DNA of 64,000 nucleotides from Clostridia bacterium (GTDB taxonomy: Bacteria > Bacillota > Clostridia > Oscillospirales > CAG-272), in NCBI GenBank assembly GCA_017454675.1, contig JAFTCN010000063.1, positions 16,316 to 80,315 of the forward strand, given 5' to 3'. Both the position numbers and the translations under genes were made by a program. Positions 1 through 9,268 of this stretch are shown in pieces (position 1 is the stretch's first letter; each line of letters starts with the position of its first letter). Below the pieces are notes generated by a model, which had not been told where the DNA came from, did not search any database, and saw only the letters and a program-made list of their open reading frames with translations.

Positions 1-56
1 GACGCCGCGAGGCCGTCTACGGAGGCGGGAGCCTCATAACCGGCGAACGCAGCGGG

Positions 57-554
57 TTGACTTTCTATTCGGGCGAGAGCGAGACCGAGATGATAGTCTC
101 GGGCGAGCGCAGGAAAAAGGGCAGACTGTCCGAGATGTTCCGCGACAGCGTCAGGGCCGACCGTTCGGTCAGGGCCGGCGGCGGATACAGGGCGTCCAAC
201 GGCTTCTTCGCCGCCGTGGCGATGGTCCTCGTCTTTGCGTTCGTACTTGCCCTGCCGATCACGCTGAGCGTGCTCAAGCACAGCGAGGCAACGAAGCTGG
301 CCAAGATAGAGAGCGAGATCAGGGCACGTGAGGCCGAGATATCCACTCTCCGCATCGAGCTTGAGAAGAAGAACGACCTCTTCATGCTCGAGAGGACAGC
401 GGTCGAGAAATACGGAATGATAGAGCTCGACAAGAGCGTATACAATATGATCAGGATCAATCCCGCCGACAGCGTGGTCAACGTCGAGAACACGGGCAGC
501 CGCGGCATCATGCCGGCGCTGCTCTCCGCGCTCGGACTCAGAGGAGAGAATTGA
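57..554 (+). CDS. FtsL-like bitopic cell-division protein (putative)
   Basis: 165-aa ORF directly upstream of the class B PBP gene, overlapping it (TTGA). It has one hydrophobic span (FFAAVAMVLVFAFVLALPITL) followed by a charged heptad-like segment (KIESEIRAREAEISTLRIELEKKNDL), which is the usual FtsL layout and dcw position. Start uncertain (TTG 57 or ATG 90). Confidence 0.5.
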   Translation: MTFYSGESETEMIVSGERRKKGRLSEMFRDSVRADRSVRAGGGYRASNGFFAAVAMVLVFAFVLALPITLSVLKHSEATKLAKIESEIRAREAEISTLRIELEKKNDLFMLERTAVEKYGMIELDKSVYNMIRINPADSVVNVENTGSRGIMPALLSALGLRGEN

Positions 555-2968
555 AACGCGGCGGCCCGGCTCCCGAGACCGTACTCAGGATCAGGATCGG
601 CATCGCCGCCGCGGCGTTCACCGCGGTATTCGTCTTCCTCGGGATACACCTTTTCGCCATGCAGGGGCGGTATTCCGACTATTATAAAAGGAAAGTCGCC
701 GATCAGATGACCACCGAGCGGACGGTGAGCGCCCGCCGCGGGAGCATCTATTCTTCGGGAGGCGAGCTTCTCGCCACCGACATAACGAAATACCGCGTGT
801 TCATCGAGCCTCAGGCGGTGATAAACGGGCAGGAAAAGGCTCACGAAAGGCTCGAAGCGGCCGCGCAGGCCGTAAAGGACGCCGACGTAGCCCTTCGCGC
901 CCTGAAACAGGACAAAAAAAGCGGCGCGTCGGACATTGAAAAGGCCGAAAAGGCGCTGGCAGATGCCGAAAAGGAACTCTCCGAAGCCGCGTCGAGCCCG
1001 CTGCTCGACGCCGCCGAGATCATAAGCCGCGGTCTTTCCGAGATAACCGGCGTCGAATACGGGACTGTCCTCGAGATGACCGGGCGCGTCGGCAGCATGG
1101 ACGCCACGGTGCTGAAGGCGGCCGACCGCGAGACCGCCGACAGGGTGGCCGCATTCCGTTCCGAGAACGGGTTCGGCGGGATGATACACCTGGGGACCGT
1201 CGCCGAGCGGAATTACGTTTACGGGGGGCTCGCCTCCCATCTGCTCGGATTTACCGGGACCGAGGGCAACGGCCTGTACGGACTCGAACTCTACTACAAC
1301 GAAGAGCTGTCCGGCAGCGACGGCAGGTACGTCACCGAGCTCGACAGTCTCGGCAAGGAGATAGGCTACGACTACGGCAGCTTCATCCCGGCAGAGGACG
1401 GCTGCAGTCTTCACACGACGATCGACATCAAGGTCCAGTCGATCCTCGAGGAGCAGCTGAGGAAGACATACTACGAGACCGGCTCTCTCGAGGGCGCCTG
1501 CGGGATCGTCATGAACGTCAGGACGGGCGCGGTCCTCGCGATGGCCACCTATCCCGATTTCGACTGCAACGACGCCTGGACCCTCGACAGCGAATACGCG
1601 GCGAAGCTCGCGGACTCAGGCCTCGACGAGAAGCTCCCGCAGTACGGCTCGCTCAGGGCAGAACTGCTCGAGAAGATGTGGTCGAACATGGCCGTCAGCT
1701 ACACCTATATCCCCGGTTCGACATTCAAGGTCATAACCTCCGCCATCGCGCTCGACAGCTCGTCGGTGCGGCTCTCCGACAGGTTCACATGCACCGGCTC
1801 GATAGTCGTCGAGGACCGGCGCGTTCACTGCTCCAACATATACGGCCACGGCAACCTCACATTTGCCGAAGGCCTGCAGCAGTCGTGCAACCCCTGGTTC
1901 ATCCAGCTCGGAGTCAAGATAGGCGGGAGCACCTTCTACGATTACTTTGAGAACTTCGGATACTTCCGGAAGAGCGGGATCGACCTCCCCGGAGAGGGCG
2001 GGACGCTGTTCTGGTCGCGTGACGAATTCACAAAGATAAACCTCGCGATGTGCGCCTTCGGGCAGAACTTCAAGGTCAGCCCGATAAGGCATCTCACGTC
2101 GCTCGTTTCGATAGCAAACGGCGGCTACCTCATCAAGCCTTACATAGTCGACTATATCACCGATTCCGACGGCAATGTCGTTTCCTCGCACACCCCCGAG
2201 ACGGTGAGACAGGTCATAAGCGGCAGCGTCAGCAGGACGGTCGCCGGCATACTGGCCGACGGCGTCGCCGGCAACGGAGGTTCGAGGAACGCGTATGTCG
2301 CCGGATACAGAGTCGCCGCCAAGACGGGAACGTCGGAGAAAGTCGGTGAGGCCGACGAGGAGATGAAGATCTGCTCATGCATGGCCTTTGCTCCGGCCGA
2401 CGACCCCGAGATCGCCATGATAATAATCGTCGACGCCCCCACCAAGGGCGTCATATACGGGAGCACCGTCGCGGCGCCCTACGTTTCGGCGGCGCTTTCC
2501 GAGATACTGCCGGCGCTCGGCGTCGAACCCGTCTACACCGCCGCCGAGAGCGCGAAGCTTACGGTGGAAGTCGGAAACTATACGGGACGCGTATCATACG
2601 ACGCCGTCGAGGCGATAGAGAAGCTCGGCGTGAAGAGCCGGACGGTGGGCGTCGGGACCATGGTCACTGCCCAGGTGCCGGCAGCCGGCACGAAACTCCA
2701 GAAGGACAGCGGGACCGTCGTGCTCTACGTGGGCGACAACGCTCCCGAGAACAATATCGTGATACCCAACCTCGCAGGGATCTCTGCCGCCGCAGCAAGG
2801 CAGCAGCTGATCAGTGCCGGACTGAACATCAGGATAAACGGCACGACGAACTACGAGACCGGCAGCGGCGCCGTCGTTTTCAGCCAGTCGCCCGCCGCCG
2901 GAACGCTCGCGACCGCCGGAGACGTCGTCGAAGTGACGTTCAGGTATATGGCGGTGGCCGACGACTGA
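551..2968 (+). CDS. Class B penicillin-binding protein (FtsI/PBP2B/SpoVD type) with two C-terminal PASTA repeats
   Basis: 805 aa with an N-terminal TM anchor. Transpeptidase motifs are present: SxxK (GSTFK), SxN (SCN) and KTG (AKTGTSE). Two PASTA-like repeats lie at the C-terminus (KLTVEVGNYTG..., NIVIPNLAGIS...). dcw-cluster position; TTG start preceded by AGGAGAG. Confidence 0.9.
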   Translation: MKRGGPAPETVLRIRIGIAAAAFTAVFVFLGIHLFAMQGRYSDYYKRKVADQMTTERTVSARRGSIYSSGGELLATDITKYRVFIEPQAVINGQEKAHERLEAAAQAVKDADVALRALKQDKKSGASDIEKAEKALADAEKELSEAASSPLLDAAEIISRGLSEITGVEYGTVLEMTGRVGSMDATVLKAADRETADRVAAFRSENGFGGMIHLGTVAERNYVYGGLASHLLGFTGTEGNGLYGLELYYNEELSGSDGRYVTELDSLGKEIGYDYGSFIPAEDGCSLHTTIDIKVQSILEEQLRKTYYETGSLEGACGIVMNVRTGAVLAMATYPDFDCNDAWTLDSEYAAKLADSGLDEKLPQYGSLRAELLEKMWSNMAVSYTYIPGSTFKVITSAIALDSSSVRLSDRFTCTGSIVVEDRRVHCSNIYGHGNLTFAEGLQQSCNPWFIQLGVKIGGSTFYDYFENFGYFRKSGIDLPGEGGTLFWSRDEFTKINLAMCAFGQNFKVSPIRHLTSLVSIANGGYLIKPYIVDYITDSDGNVVSSHTPETVRQVISGSVSRTVAGILADGVAGNGGSRNAYVAGYRVAAKTGTSEKVGEADEEMKICSCMAFAPADDPEIAMIIIVDAPTKGVIYGSTVAAPYVSAALSEILPALGVEPVYTAAESAKLTVEVGNYTGRVSYDAVEAIEKLGVKSRTVGVGTMVTAQVPAAGTKLQKDSGTVVLYVGDNAPENNIVIPNLAGISAAAARQQLISAGLNIRINGTTNYETGSGAVVFSQSPAAGTLATAGDVVEVTFRYMAVADD

Positions 2969-3099
2969 GGTCGCGGCAGTATTCAAGTCAACCACGGTCC
3001 GAGCCGGCATAAGCCGGAGCGGATCTTTCCCCCGGCCGGGTCCCGGACCCCCTCTGTGCATTCGAGACCGCAGCGGCAATAAGGACCCGGCCGCACTTT

Positions 3100-4635
3100 T
3101 TGACCCAGATGCTCATCAAACTCGGAAGAAACAGCCTCACTCCGGAGCAGATCGCCCGGATGTGCGGCGGAAAAATGATACGGGAAGGAAAGACCGGCTC
3201 TCCGGTCTCTTCTGTCTGCGTCGACTCGAGGGACGCGAGGGAGGGCAGTCTTTTTATTGCCGTCCGCGGAGCCCGCACCGACGGACACAGGTATCTTGCG
3301 GCCGCCGCATCGGCGGGGGCTTCCGCCGCGCTGATAGACAGGCTCCCCGAGGCCGGAAGCGAGACCATGATACCCGAGAAGAGCGGCATGGCGCTGATCC
3401 TTGCCGACAGCACCGTCTCCGCCCTGGGACGGCTTTCTGCCGCGTATTCCCGCGGCAACTGCCCGCGGCGCGTCGCGGTGACAGGTTCGGTAGGCAAGAC
3501 GTCCACCAAGGAGATGTGTCGCGCGGTCCTGTCGGAGGGGATCTCCGGCGTATACGCGAGCGAAGGCAACCTCAACACCCCGATCGGCATGCCTCTTTCG
3601 CTGCTCGCGGCTCCGGAGGGAGCCGGGCTCGGGATCTTCGAGATGGGGCTCGAGGAGCCGGGCGAGATCTCGTCGATGTCGAAAATATGCGGGCCGGAGG
3701 CCGCGGCGGTGACCGTGCTCGGAAGCTCGCATCTCGAACATATAGGCAGCCGCGAGAAACTTGCGGCAGAAAAACTGTCGGTCAAAGACGGACTTTCATC
3801 CGGAGGTTTTCTCCTGCTTCCGGCGGACGAGCCGCTTTTCTCCGATACTCTCGCGGCGGACCCGCGTGCGCGCGGATTTGCCGTGCGCGAGTCGGAAAAA
3901 GACGTAAAAACCGCAGATTATACCGCTTTTAACGTAAAAAATACTGGAAACGCAGACGGCGGGCTCGGCGAGGCCGGGCTGTCGTTCGACATGATGCTGC
4001 CCGACGGCAGCGTGATAAGCGGCCTTCACCTCCCGGTCCCGGGGCGTCACAACGTCGGCAACGCTCTGATCGCTTGTGCCATGGGGTCGCATTTCGGCCT
4101 TGACGGCGATACGATCCGCCGCGGACTCGCCTCATACCGCCCGGTGGGGATGCGCCAGCAGATCACCGTGACCGGCGGTGTGACTGTCATAAACGACTGT
4201 TACAACGCCTCGCCCGAATCGATGAAGGCGGCCTGCCTGCTGCTCTGCGGCGACGGCGCCGGAGCAGGGCGGGCGGGGAAGAGAACGGGAAGGAAGATCG
4301 CCCTCCTCGGCGACATGTACGAGCTGGGGACCGGTTCCCGCGCCATGCACCGCGACGTCGGAGCCTTTTTCGCGTCACACGGGACCGACGTCATCGTGAC
4401 TCTCGGCAGCCTCGCGTCCGATATCGCGGACGGCGCAAGATCCGCCGCAGCGGAGGGCGTGTGCGACATAATAGAATTTCCCGACAGGAACGACGCCGCG
4501 GCTGCCGCGGCCGCGCTGGCCGGGATCATCCGTCCCGGCGATACGCTGCTGATAAAGGCCAGCCGGGCCGTCGGCGCCGAACGGGCCGCCGCCGCTCTGA
4601 CCGAACTGCTCTCAAAGGGGGAGCCTCAATGCTGA
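3100..4635 (+). CDS. murF: UDP-N-acetylmuramoyl-tripeptide--D-alanyl-D-alanine ligase
   Basis: 511 aa with DSR...GSLFIAVRGARTDGH at the N-terminus and a GSVGKTSTKE P-loop. INDCYNASPESM (DxYNANPxS) identifies it as MurF rather than MurE. Confidence 0.9.
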   Translation: MTQMLIKLGRNSLTPEQIARMCGGKMIREGKTGSPVSSVCVDSRDAREGSLFIAVRGARTDGHRYLAAAASAGASAALIDRLPEAGSETMIPEKSGMALILADSTVSALGRLSAAYSRGNCPRRVAVTGSVGKTSTKEMCRAVLSEGISGVYASEGNLNTPIGMPLSLLAAPEGAGLGIFEMGLEEPGEISSMSKICGPEAAAVTVLGSSHLEHIGSREKLAAEKLSVKDGLSSGGFLLLPADEPLFSDTLAADPRARGFAVRESEKDVKTADYTAFNVKNTGNADGGLGEAGLSFDMMLPDGSVISGLHLPVPGRHNVGNALIACAMGSHFGLDGDTIRRGLASYRPVGMRQQITVTGGVTVINDCYNASPESMKAACLLLCGDGAGAGRAGKRTGRKIALLGDMYELGTGSRAMHRDVGAFFASHGTDVIVTLGSLASDIADGARSAAAEGVCDIIEFPDRNDAAAAAAALAGIIRPGDTLLIKASRAVGAERAAAALTELLSKGEPQC

Positions 4636-5663
4636 CATCTTCGTCTTCGACTTCTGTCTCCGGCGCCGGCCGGGGAATGACGCTGCTCGCCGCCGCGGGC
4701 TCCGCCCTGATAGTTTTTGCCGCGACGGCGGTCATACTGCGATTTCTTATCCCTGTCCTCCGAAGCCACAAGGTGGGGCAGAAGATATACGACATAGGTC
4801 CCCGCTGGCACAAAGGCAAGGAGGGCACACCCATAATGGGGGGCCTCTCATTCATCGCGGCGTCGCTCGCCGTTATGGCCGCCGCCTTTGCCGTGTTCGC
4901 CGCGAACGGCGCGGCGGACAGCTTCATGCCGGTACTGCTCGGCATGGCCTTCGCGCTGTTCAACGCGCTGATAGGCTTTTTCGACGACTACACAAAGCTC
5001 ATAAAGAAACAGAACCAGGGCTTTAAGGCATGGCAGAAATTCCTGCTCCAGGTCGTCGTCGCCGCCCTTTACGTCGCGGCCCTGGCCCTGACCGGCACCG
5101 TCGGCACCGGCATACCGCTGCCCTACACCGATACCGTGCTCGACCTCGGGTTCTTCAGTTATGTCGTTTACGTGTTCATAGGCGTCGGATTCGTCAACGC
5201 CGTCAATCTTACCGACGGCATCGACGGACTCGCCGGCACCGTGACGGGGATCGTCGGCATCTTCTTCGCCGCGGCGGCCGTCAGGTCCTGCGACGCCGGT
5301 GTCGCTGTCTTTGCCGGATGCGTCGCCGGCGGCTGCGCCGGGTTTCTTGTATATAACTTTTATCCCGCAAGGATCTTTATGGGCGACACCGGATCTCTCT
5401 TCCTCGGAGGAGCTGTGACCGGCCTCGCGTTCGCGGTCGGAGAGCCGCTGATCCTGCTCCCCGCCGGCGTGATATACCTCGCCGAGGTGTTGTCCGACAT
5501 CCTTCAGGTCGGATGGTTCAAGATCACCCGCGGAAAACGGCTGTTCAAGATGGCCCCCATCCACCATCATTTTGAAAAATGCGGCTGGAGCGAGGTCAAA
5601 ATAGTCACTGTCTTCGGAGCGGTGACCCTGCTCGGGTGCGCGGCGGCATGGATGGGGCTCTGA
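4629..5663 (+). CDS. mraY: Phospho-N-acetylmuramoyl-pentapeptide transferase
   Basis: Polytopic protein with FFDDYTKL, NLTDGIDGLAG, MGDTGSL and HHHFE motifs. ATG 4629 overlaps the murF stop (ATGCTGA). The track start at 4461 only adds an Arg-rich out-of-context extension inside murF. Confidence 0.93.
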   Translation: MLTSSSSTSVSGAGRGMTLLAAAGSALIVFAATAVILRFLIPVLRSHKVGQKIYDIGPRWHKGKEGTPIMGGLSFIAASLAVMAAAFAVFAANGAADSFMPVLLGMAFALFNALIGFFDDYTKLIKKQNQGFKAWQKFLLQVVVAALYVAALALTGTVGTGIPLPYTDTVLDLGFFSYVVYVFIGVGFVNAVNLTDGIDGLAGTVTGIVGIFFAAAAVRSCDAGVAVFAGCVAGGCAGFLVYNFYPARIFMGDTGSLFLGGAVTGLAFAVGEPLILLPAGVIYLAEVLSDILQVGWFKITRGKRLFKMAPIHHHFEKCGWSEVKIVTVFGAVTLLGCAAAWMGL

Positions 5664-6802
5664 CAAATACCGGGAAGAGCCGTCCCGTGCTGGTCCGGAG
5701 CCGGCCCGACGCGGTCTATTTTGTCCTCTGCCTGATACTGATACTCGTCGGCACGATAATGCTCTTCAGCGCGAGCAGCGCCTACGCGGAGACGGCGGGC
5801 GAGGAACTGTCGGGAACTGTAAGGTCACACATCATACATCTGCTGATCGGAGGCGCGGCCTTCGCGGGCTGCATCCTTTTCGTTACCCCCGCGCTCAGCC
5901 GCAGGGTAACCTATTTCGTCCTCCCGGTGAGCCTTCTTCTGCTCGTCGCGGTGCTCGCGATCGGCGTGGCCGACGGCGTCGCGCGCCGCTGGATGGTACT
6001 GGGGCCGCTTCAGTTCCAGCCTTCGGAGATGGCGAAGACCGTGCTCATCATGACACTGGCGCTTTATTTCAGCGTTACTTCGGACGAGCGCGACCCGGGA
6101 AAGAGCGGGTTCTGGAAAAGAGCCCTCTTCGGATTCGTTATACCGCTCGCCGTGACCGGCGTCTTCTGCCTGCTCGTGATGCTCGAAAAGCATCTTTCGG
6201 GGACCGTCATAATGATGGCCATCGGCATGGTGATGATATTCTTCTCCGGCACGCCGCTCTACTGGTTTCTGAGTCTTTTACCGATCGGAGCCGGAGGCTA
6301 CTTCGTCGCCGTTTCGGTCGACTACACCCGGAAGAGGATCGAAAGCTGGCTGCACCGCGGCGCCGATACCGCCGGATCCGACTGGCAGACTACGCAGGGC
6401 ATATACGCGATCGGCAGCGGCGGGCTCTTCGGCCGCGGGTTCGGGGAGTCCAAACTCAAATACGGATACGTCTCGGAAGTCACGAACGACTTCATATTCA
6501 CCGTCGTATGCGAAGAGCTCGGGTTCTTCGGGGCGGTCGCGATAATGCTGCTCTTTCTGGCGCTCATCCTGCGGGGCCTTCTGCTCGGCCTTCGCTGCAG
6601 GGACAGATACGTCTCCCTCATGATCCTCGGACTGACGTGCAAGCTGGGGCTCCACGTGGCGCTCAACATCCTCGTCGTGACCGGGATCGCCCCGAACACC
6701 GGCGTGTCGCTGCCCTTCTTCAGCAGCGGCGGAAGCGCGACGCTCATGCAGATGGTCGACGCCGGCCTGCTGCTCGGGCTCTCGAGATACTGCGAACCGT
6801 AA
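5648..6802 (+). CDS. ftsW: SEDS-family peptidoglycan polymerase FtsW/SpoVE
   Basis: Multi-pass membrane protein with GSGGLFGRGFGES and LPFFSSGGSA motifs. ATG 5648 overlaps the end of mraY. Located between mraY and murG. Confidence 0.9.
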   Translation: MDGALTNTGKSRPVLVRSRPDAVYFVLCLILILVGTIMLFSASSAYAETAGEELSGTVRSHIIHLLIGGAAFAGCILFVTPALSRRVTYFVLPVSLLLLVAVLAIGVADGVARRWMVLGPLQFQPSEMAKTVLIMTLALYFSVTSDERDPGKSGFWKRALFGFVIPLAVTGVFCLLVMLEKHLSGTVIMMAIGMVMIFFSGTPLYWFLSLLPIGAGGYFVAVSVDYTRKRIESWLHRGADTAGSDWQTTQGIYAIGSGGLFGRGFGESKLKYGYVSEVTNDFIFTVVCEELGFFGAVAIMLLFLALILRGLLLGLRCRDRYVSLMILGLTCKLGLHVALNILVVTGIAPNTGVSLPFFSSGGSATLMQMVDAGLLLGLSRYCEP

Positions 6803-6886
6803 AAACGACCGCCGTCCGGGACGGACGGCCGTGCGCCGCATGACATGCGGCCCTCATGGAAAAACGAAAGCTGCAAAGGAAAAGCA

Positions 6887-8014
6887 ATGAGGATACTGAT
6901 GACCGGAGGCGGTACCGGCGGGCACGTGAATCCCGCTCTGGCTATCGCCGAGACGATAAAACGCAACATTCCCGGCGCCGAGATCGCTTTTGCGGGCACT
7001 CCGAGAGGGCTTGAGAACACGCTCGTCCCCAGAGCCGGGTACAAACTCTACCATGTGAACGTACGCGGATTCGAGCGCAAACTGTCGCTGAAGAACATCC
7101 GTGCCGCCTGGCTGGCGCTCGTATCGCCGATAAAGGCGCGGAAGATAATAAAAGAATTCAGACCCGACATAGTCATAGGGACCGGCGGATACGTCTGCTG
7201 GCCGGTGATCGTGGCGGCGTCGAAGCTCGGCGTACCGACCGCCGTCCACGAGGCAAACGCCGTCCCGGGACTCACCGTGAGGAAGCTCGTACCGTACGTT
7301 GACCGCATCTTCATCAACTTCGCCGTCACCGCCGAGGCGCTCGGCAGCGCGGCGCGTGAGAAGATAATGCACGTCGGATGCCCGCTGTCCGGCGAGATCG
7401 GGAGGATCGGCAGGGAAGAGGCCAGAGTGAAGCTCGGCACCGAAGGCAGATACAGCCGCTACCTCCTCTCGTTCGGCGGAAGTCTGGGGGCGGACACGCT
7501 CAACAGCGTGGCTTTCGAGCTGATGGAGAAATACGTCTCCTGCCATCCCGACGTCCACTACATACACGCGACGGGAGCCGCTCACTTCGAGGAGTGCTGC
7601 GACAGGTACTACTCGGGAGGGTTCGACAGGTACACGAACATCGAACTCGTAAAATACATCTACGACATGCCTCTGCAGCTGGCGGCGGCGGACCTTGTGA
7701 TCAGCCGCTCGGGAGCGATAACCTGCTCCGAGCTGTCGAGAGCGGGCAGAGGGGCCCTTCTCATCCCCTCGCCCAACGTCACCGACAATCAGCAGTACAA
7801 GAACGCGAGGGTGCTCGAAAAGAGCGGAGGCGCGATCCTGACCGAGGAAAAGGATCTCTCCGAAGGGCTGATACCGGATCAGGTGGACAAGATCTTCTCG
7901 GTCCCCGGCTTTGCCGAGCAGATGGGGAGGAACATCGCGTCGCTCTCGCCTTCGGACGCGAACGGCATGATCTTTGACGAGATCGTGAGGCTCGTCGCGA
8001 AAGAGATCCGGTGA
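6887..8014 (+). CDS. murG: UDP-GlcNAc:lipid I N-acetylglucosaminyltransferase
   Basis: MRILMTGGGTGGHVNPALA glycine-rich N-terminus, GGSLGA and ISRSGAITCSEL motifs. AAAGGA lies upstream of ATG 6887. The track start at 6845 is probably too early. Confidence 0.92.
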   Translation: MRILMTGGGTGGHVNPALAIAETIKRNIPGAEIAFAGTPRGLENTLVPRAGYKLYHVNVRGFERKLSLKNIRAAWLALVSPIKARKIIKEFRPDIVIGTGGYVCWPVIVAASKLGVPTAVHEANAVPGLTVRKLVPYVDRIFINFAVTAEALGSAAREKIMHVGCPLSGEIGRIGREEARVKLGTEGRYSRYLLSFGGSLGADTLNSVAFELMEKYVSCHPDVHYIHATGAAHFEECCDRYYSGGFDRYTNIELVKYIYDMPLQLAAADLVISRSGAITCSELSRAGRGALLIPSPNVTDNQQYKNARVLEKSGGAILTEEKDLSEGLIPDQVDKIFSVPGFAEQMGRNIASLSPSDANGMIFDEIVRLVAKEIR

Positions 8015-9120
8015 GCCGTCCGGCAGGGCCCGACGACCAGCCGGAAAACAACAGGAAAGAAAGAACGTCCGCCCGCGCGGACTCCGGGATATTGCATATG
8101 AACGCAGACAGAAACAGAATATACGGTCCCCGGAACGGCGCACAGGGCAGCGGCCCTTACGGGAACCTCGCGGCGCTGGCCGATACCTCATCGCGCGGGG
8201 ACGGCAGCGTTCGCCGGTACACCATGACGAAAAAAGCCAGGAACAGATGGCTCGGAAGATATATGTCGGACTCGCAGACCGTAAGTCCGAAAAACTTTTC
8301 GGCACAGAAGAAGGCAGGGGCGGGTGAGAACGACGGCGGAGCCCTCCGCGAGAAGGCGGGGAAGCTGCTCTTCGGATTCATCCTGACCGTCGCGCTGGGG
8401 CTTATCCTGTTCATCACCGGCACCGTCCTCAGCCGAATGACGCTCGACGCCGTGAGAGTAGAGGGCGGCAGCACATATACCGGGGACGAACTGCTTGCCG
8501 CGTCGGGACTGAGCTACGGCGACAACCTGATCCTCGGCAGGATAAAGGCGGGCGACCCGAAGGAGAGTCTGCCGCTGCTCGAGGACTGTTCGATCTCGCT
8601 CGACCTTCCAGGGACGCTTGTGTTCACGGTGAGGGAATCGGTCCCCGAGGTATATACCGAGATCGCCGGGAGCTACTACTCGCTCAGCCCGTCGCTGCGC
8701 GTCATAGAGCGGAGCGACAGCCCGGAGACGTTCGCGTCGGCGGGGCTCGTATACGTCTCGATCCCGCGCACGTCGTCCGCGACTGCCGGCTCGAAGCTCG
8801 AACTCGCGGGAGGTGCGGACAGCTCGTACATCTCCGGTTTTCTCGGAGTCCTCTCTGAGTCGGGAGTGCTTCCCAGGGTGTCGAGGATCTTCCTCGAGGA
8901 AAAATACGGGGCGGTCATAACGCTCGACGGCAGATACCGTATCATCTTCGGAACGCCTTCCGACGCACGGCTCAAGCTCGACACCGCTCTGCGCGTGATC
9001 TCCGAGGCCGACGACGGGAACGCCGCCGGATACACGGTCGACGTCAGCGATCCCGCGATGGCGGGAGTGCGGGAACTCGAGTCGTTCGACCCGGACTTGA
9101 GGCTCGAATCGGTCTCCTGA
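8011..9120 (+). CDS. ftsQ: Cell division protein FtsQ/DivIB (POTRA domain)
   Basis: Single TM span (LLFGFILTVALGLILFITGTVL) followed by a POTRA-like segment (VRVEGGSTYTGDELLAASGLSYGDNLIL...GTLVFTVRE). Sits between murG and ftsZ. Start uncertain: GTG 8011 is coupled to the murG stop, alternatives are ATG 8098 and 8224. Confidence 0.75.
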   Translation: MSRPAGPDDQPENNRKERTSARADSGILHMNADRNRIYGPRNGAQGSGPYGNLAALADTSSRGDGSVRRYTMTKKARNRWLGRYMSDSQTVSPKNFSAQKKAGAGENDGGALREKAGKLLFGFILTVALGLILFITGTVLSRMTLDAVRVEGGSTYTGDELLAASGLSYGDNLILGRIKAGDPKESLPLLEDCSISLDLPGTLVFTVRESVPEVYTEIAGSYYSLSPSLRVIERSDSPETFASAGLVYVSIPRTSSATAGSKLELAGGADSSYISGFLGVLSESGVLPRVSRIFLEEKYGAVITLDGRYRIIFGTPSDARLKLDTALRVISEADDGNAAGYTVDVSDPAMAGVRELESFDPDLRLESVS

Positions 9121-9163
9121 TCGAATTTTTTTCGCAAAAACGGGAAAATTTACGCGAAACCTA

Positions 9164-9192
9164 TTGAAAAACAGTATAAAATATTATATCAT
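9164..9192 (+). promoter_or_regulatory. Putative sigma-A promoter for ftsZ
   Basis: TTGAAA (9164-9169), 17-nt spacer, TATCAT (9187-9192), inside an AT-rich island in the 148-bp ftsQ-ftsZ gap. Confidence 0.5.
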
Positions 9193-9268
9193 ATATAAGA
9201 CGGTCCGCTCGGAGGGGCAAAGCGTCGCCTTCGGGACCTGAAGAGAGTTAAGAGGTAGAGGTATCAAA

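Noticed and set aside
1-39. Possible 3' end of an upstream gene (rsmH expected)
   Set aside because: Only 12 codons (DAARPSTEAGAS, then stop) are visible, too little to identify.
65-1414. Very long antisense ORFs opposite real genes (for example 65-1414, 6854-8305, 23776-25197, 32845-34542, 38715-40388 and 60347-62170, all minus strand)
   Set aside because: They lie exactly opposite strongly conserved genes (PBP, murG, rplB/rpsS/rplV, adk/map, cimA, hydB). They are Arg/Gly/Ala/Pro-rich with no recognisable motifs or RBS, and are the expected shadow ORFs of a GC3-rich genome.
4461-4628. N-terminal extensions proposed by the ORF track for mraY, ftsW, murG, rplJ, rpsN, whiA, secA, hydB, nif3-like and the lipoprotein gene
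   Set aside because: The extra residues are Arg-rich read-through of the preceding gene or leader. Conserved N-termini, Shine-Dalgarno sequences or stop/start overlaps support the internal starts used in the feature table.
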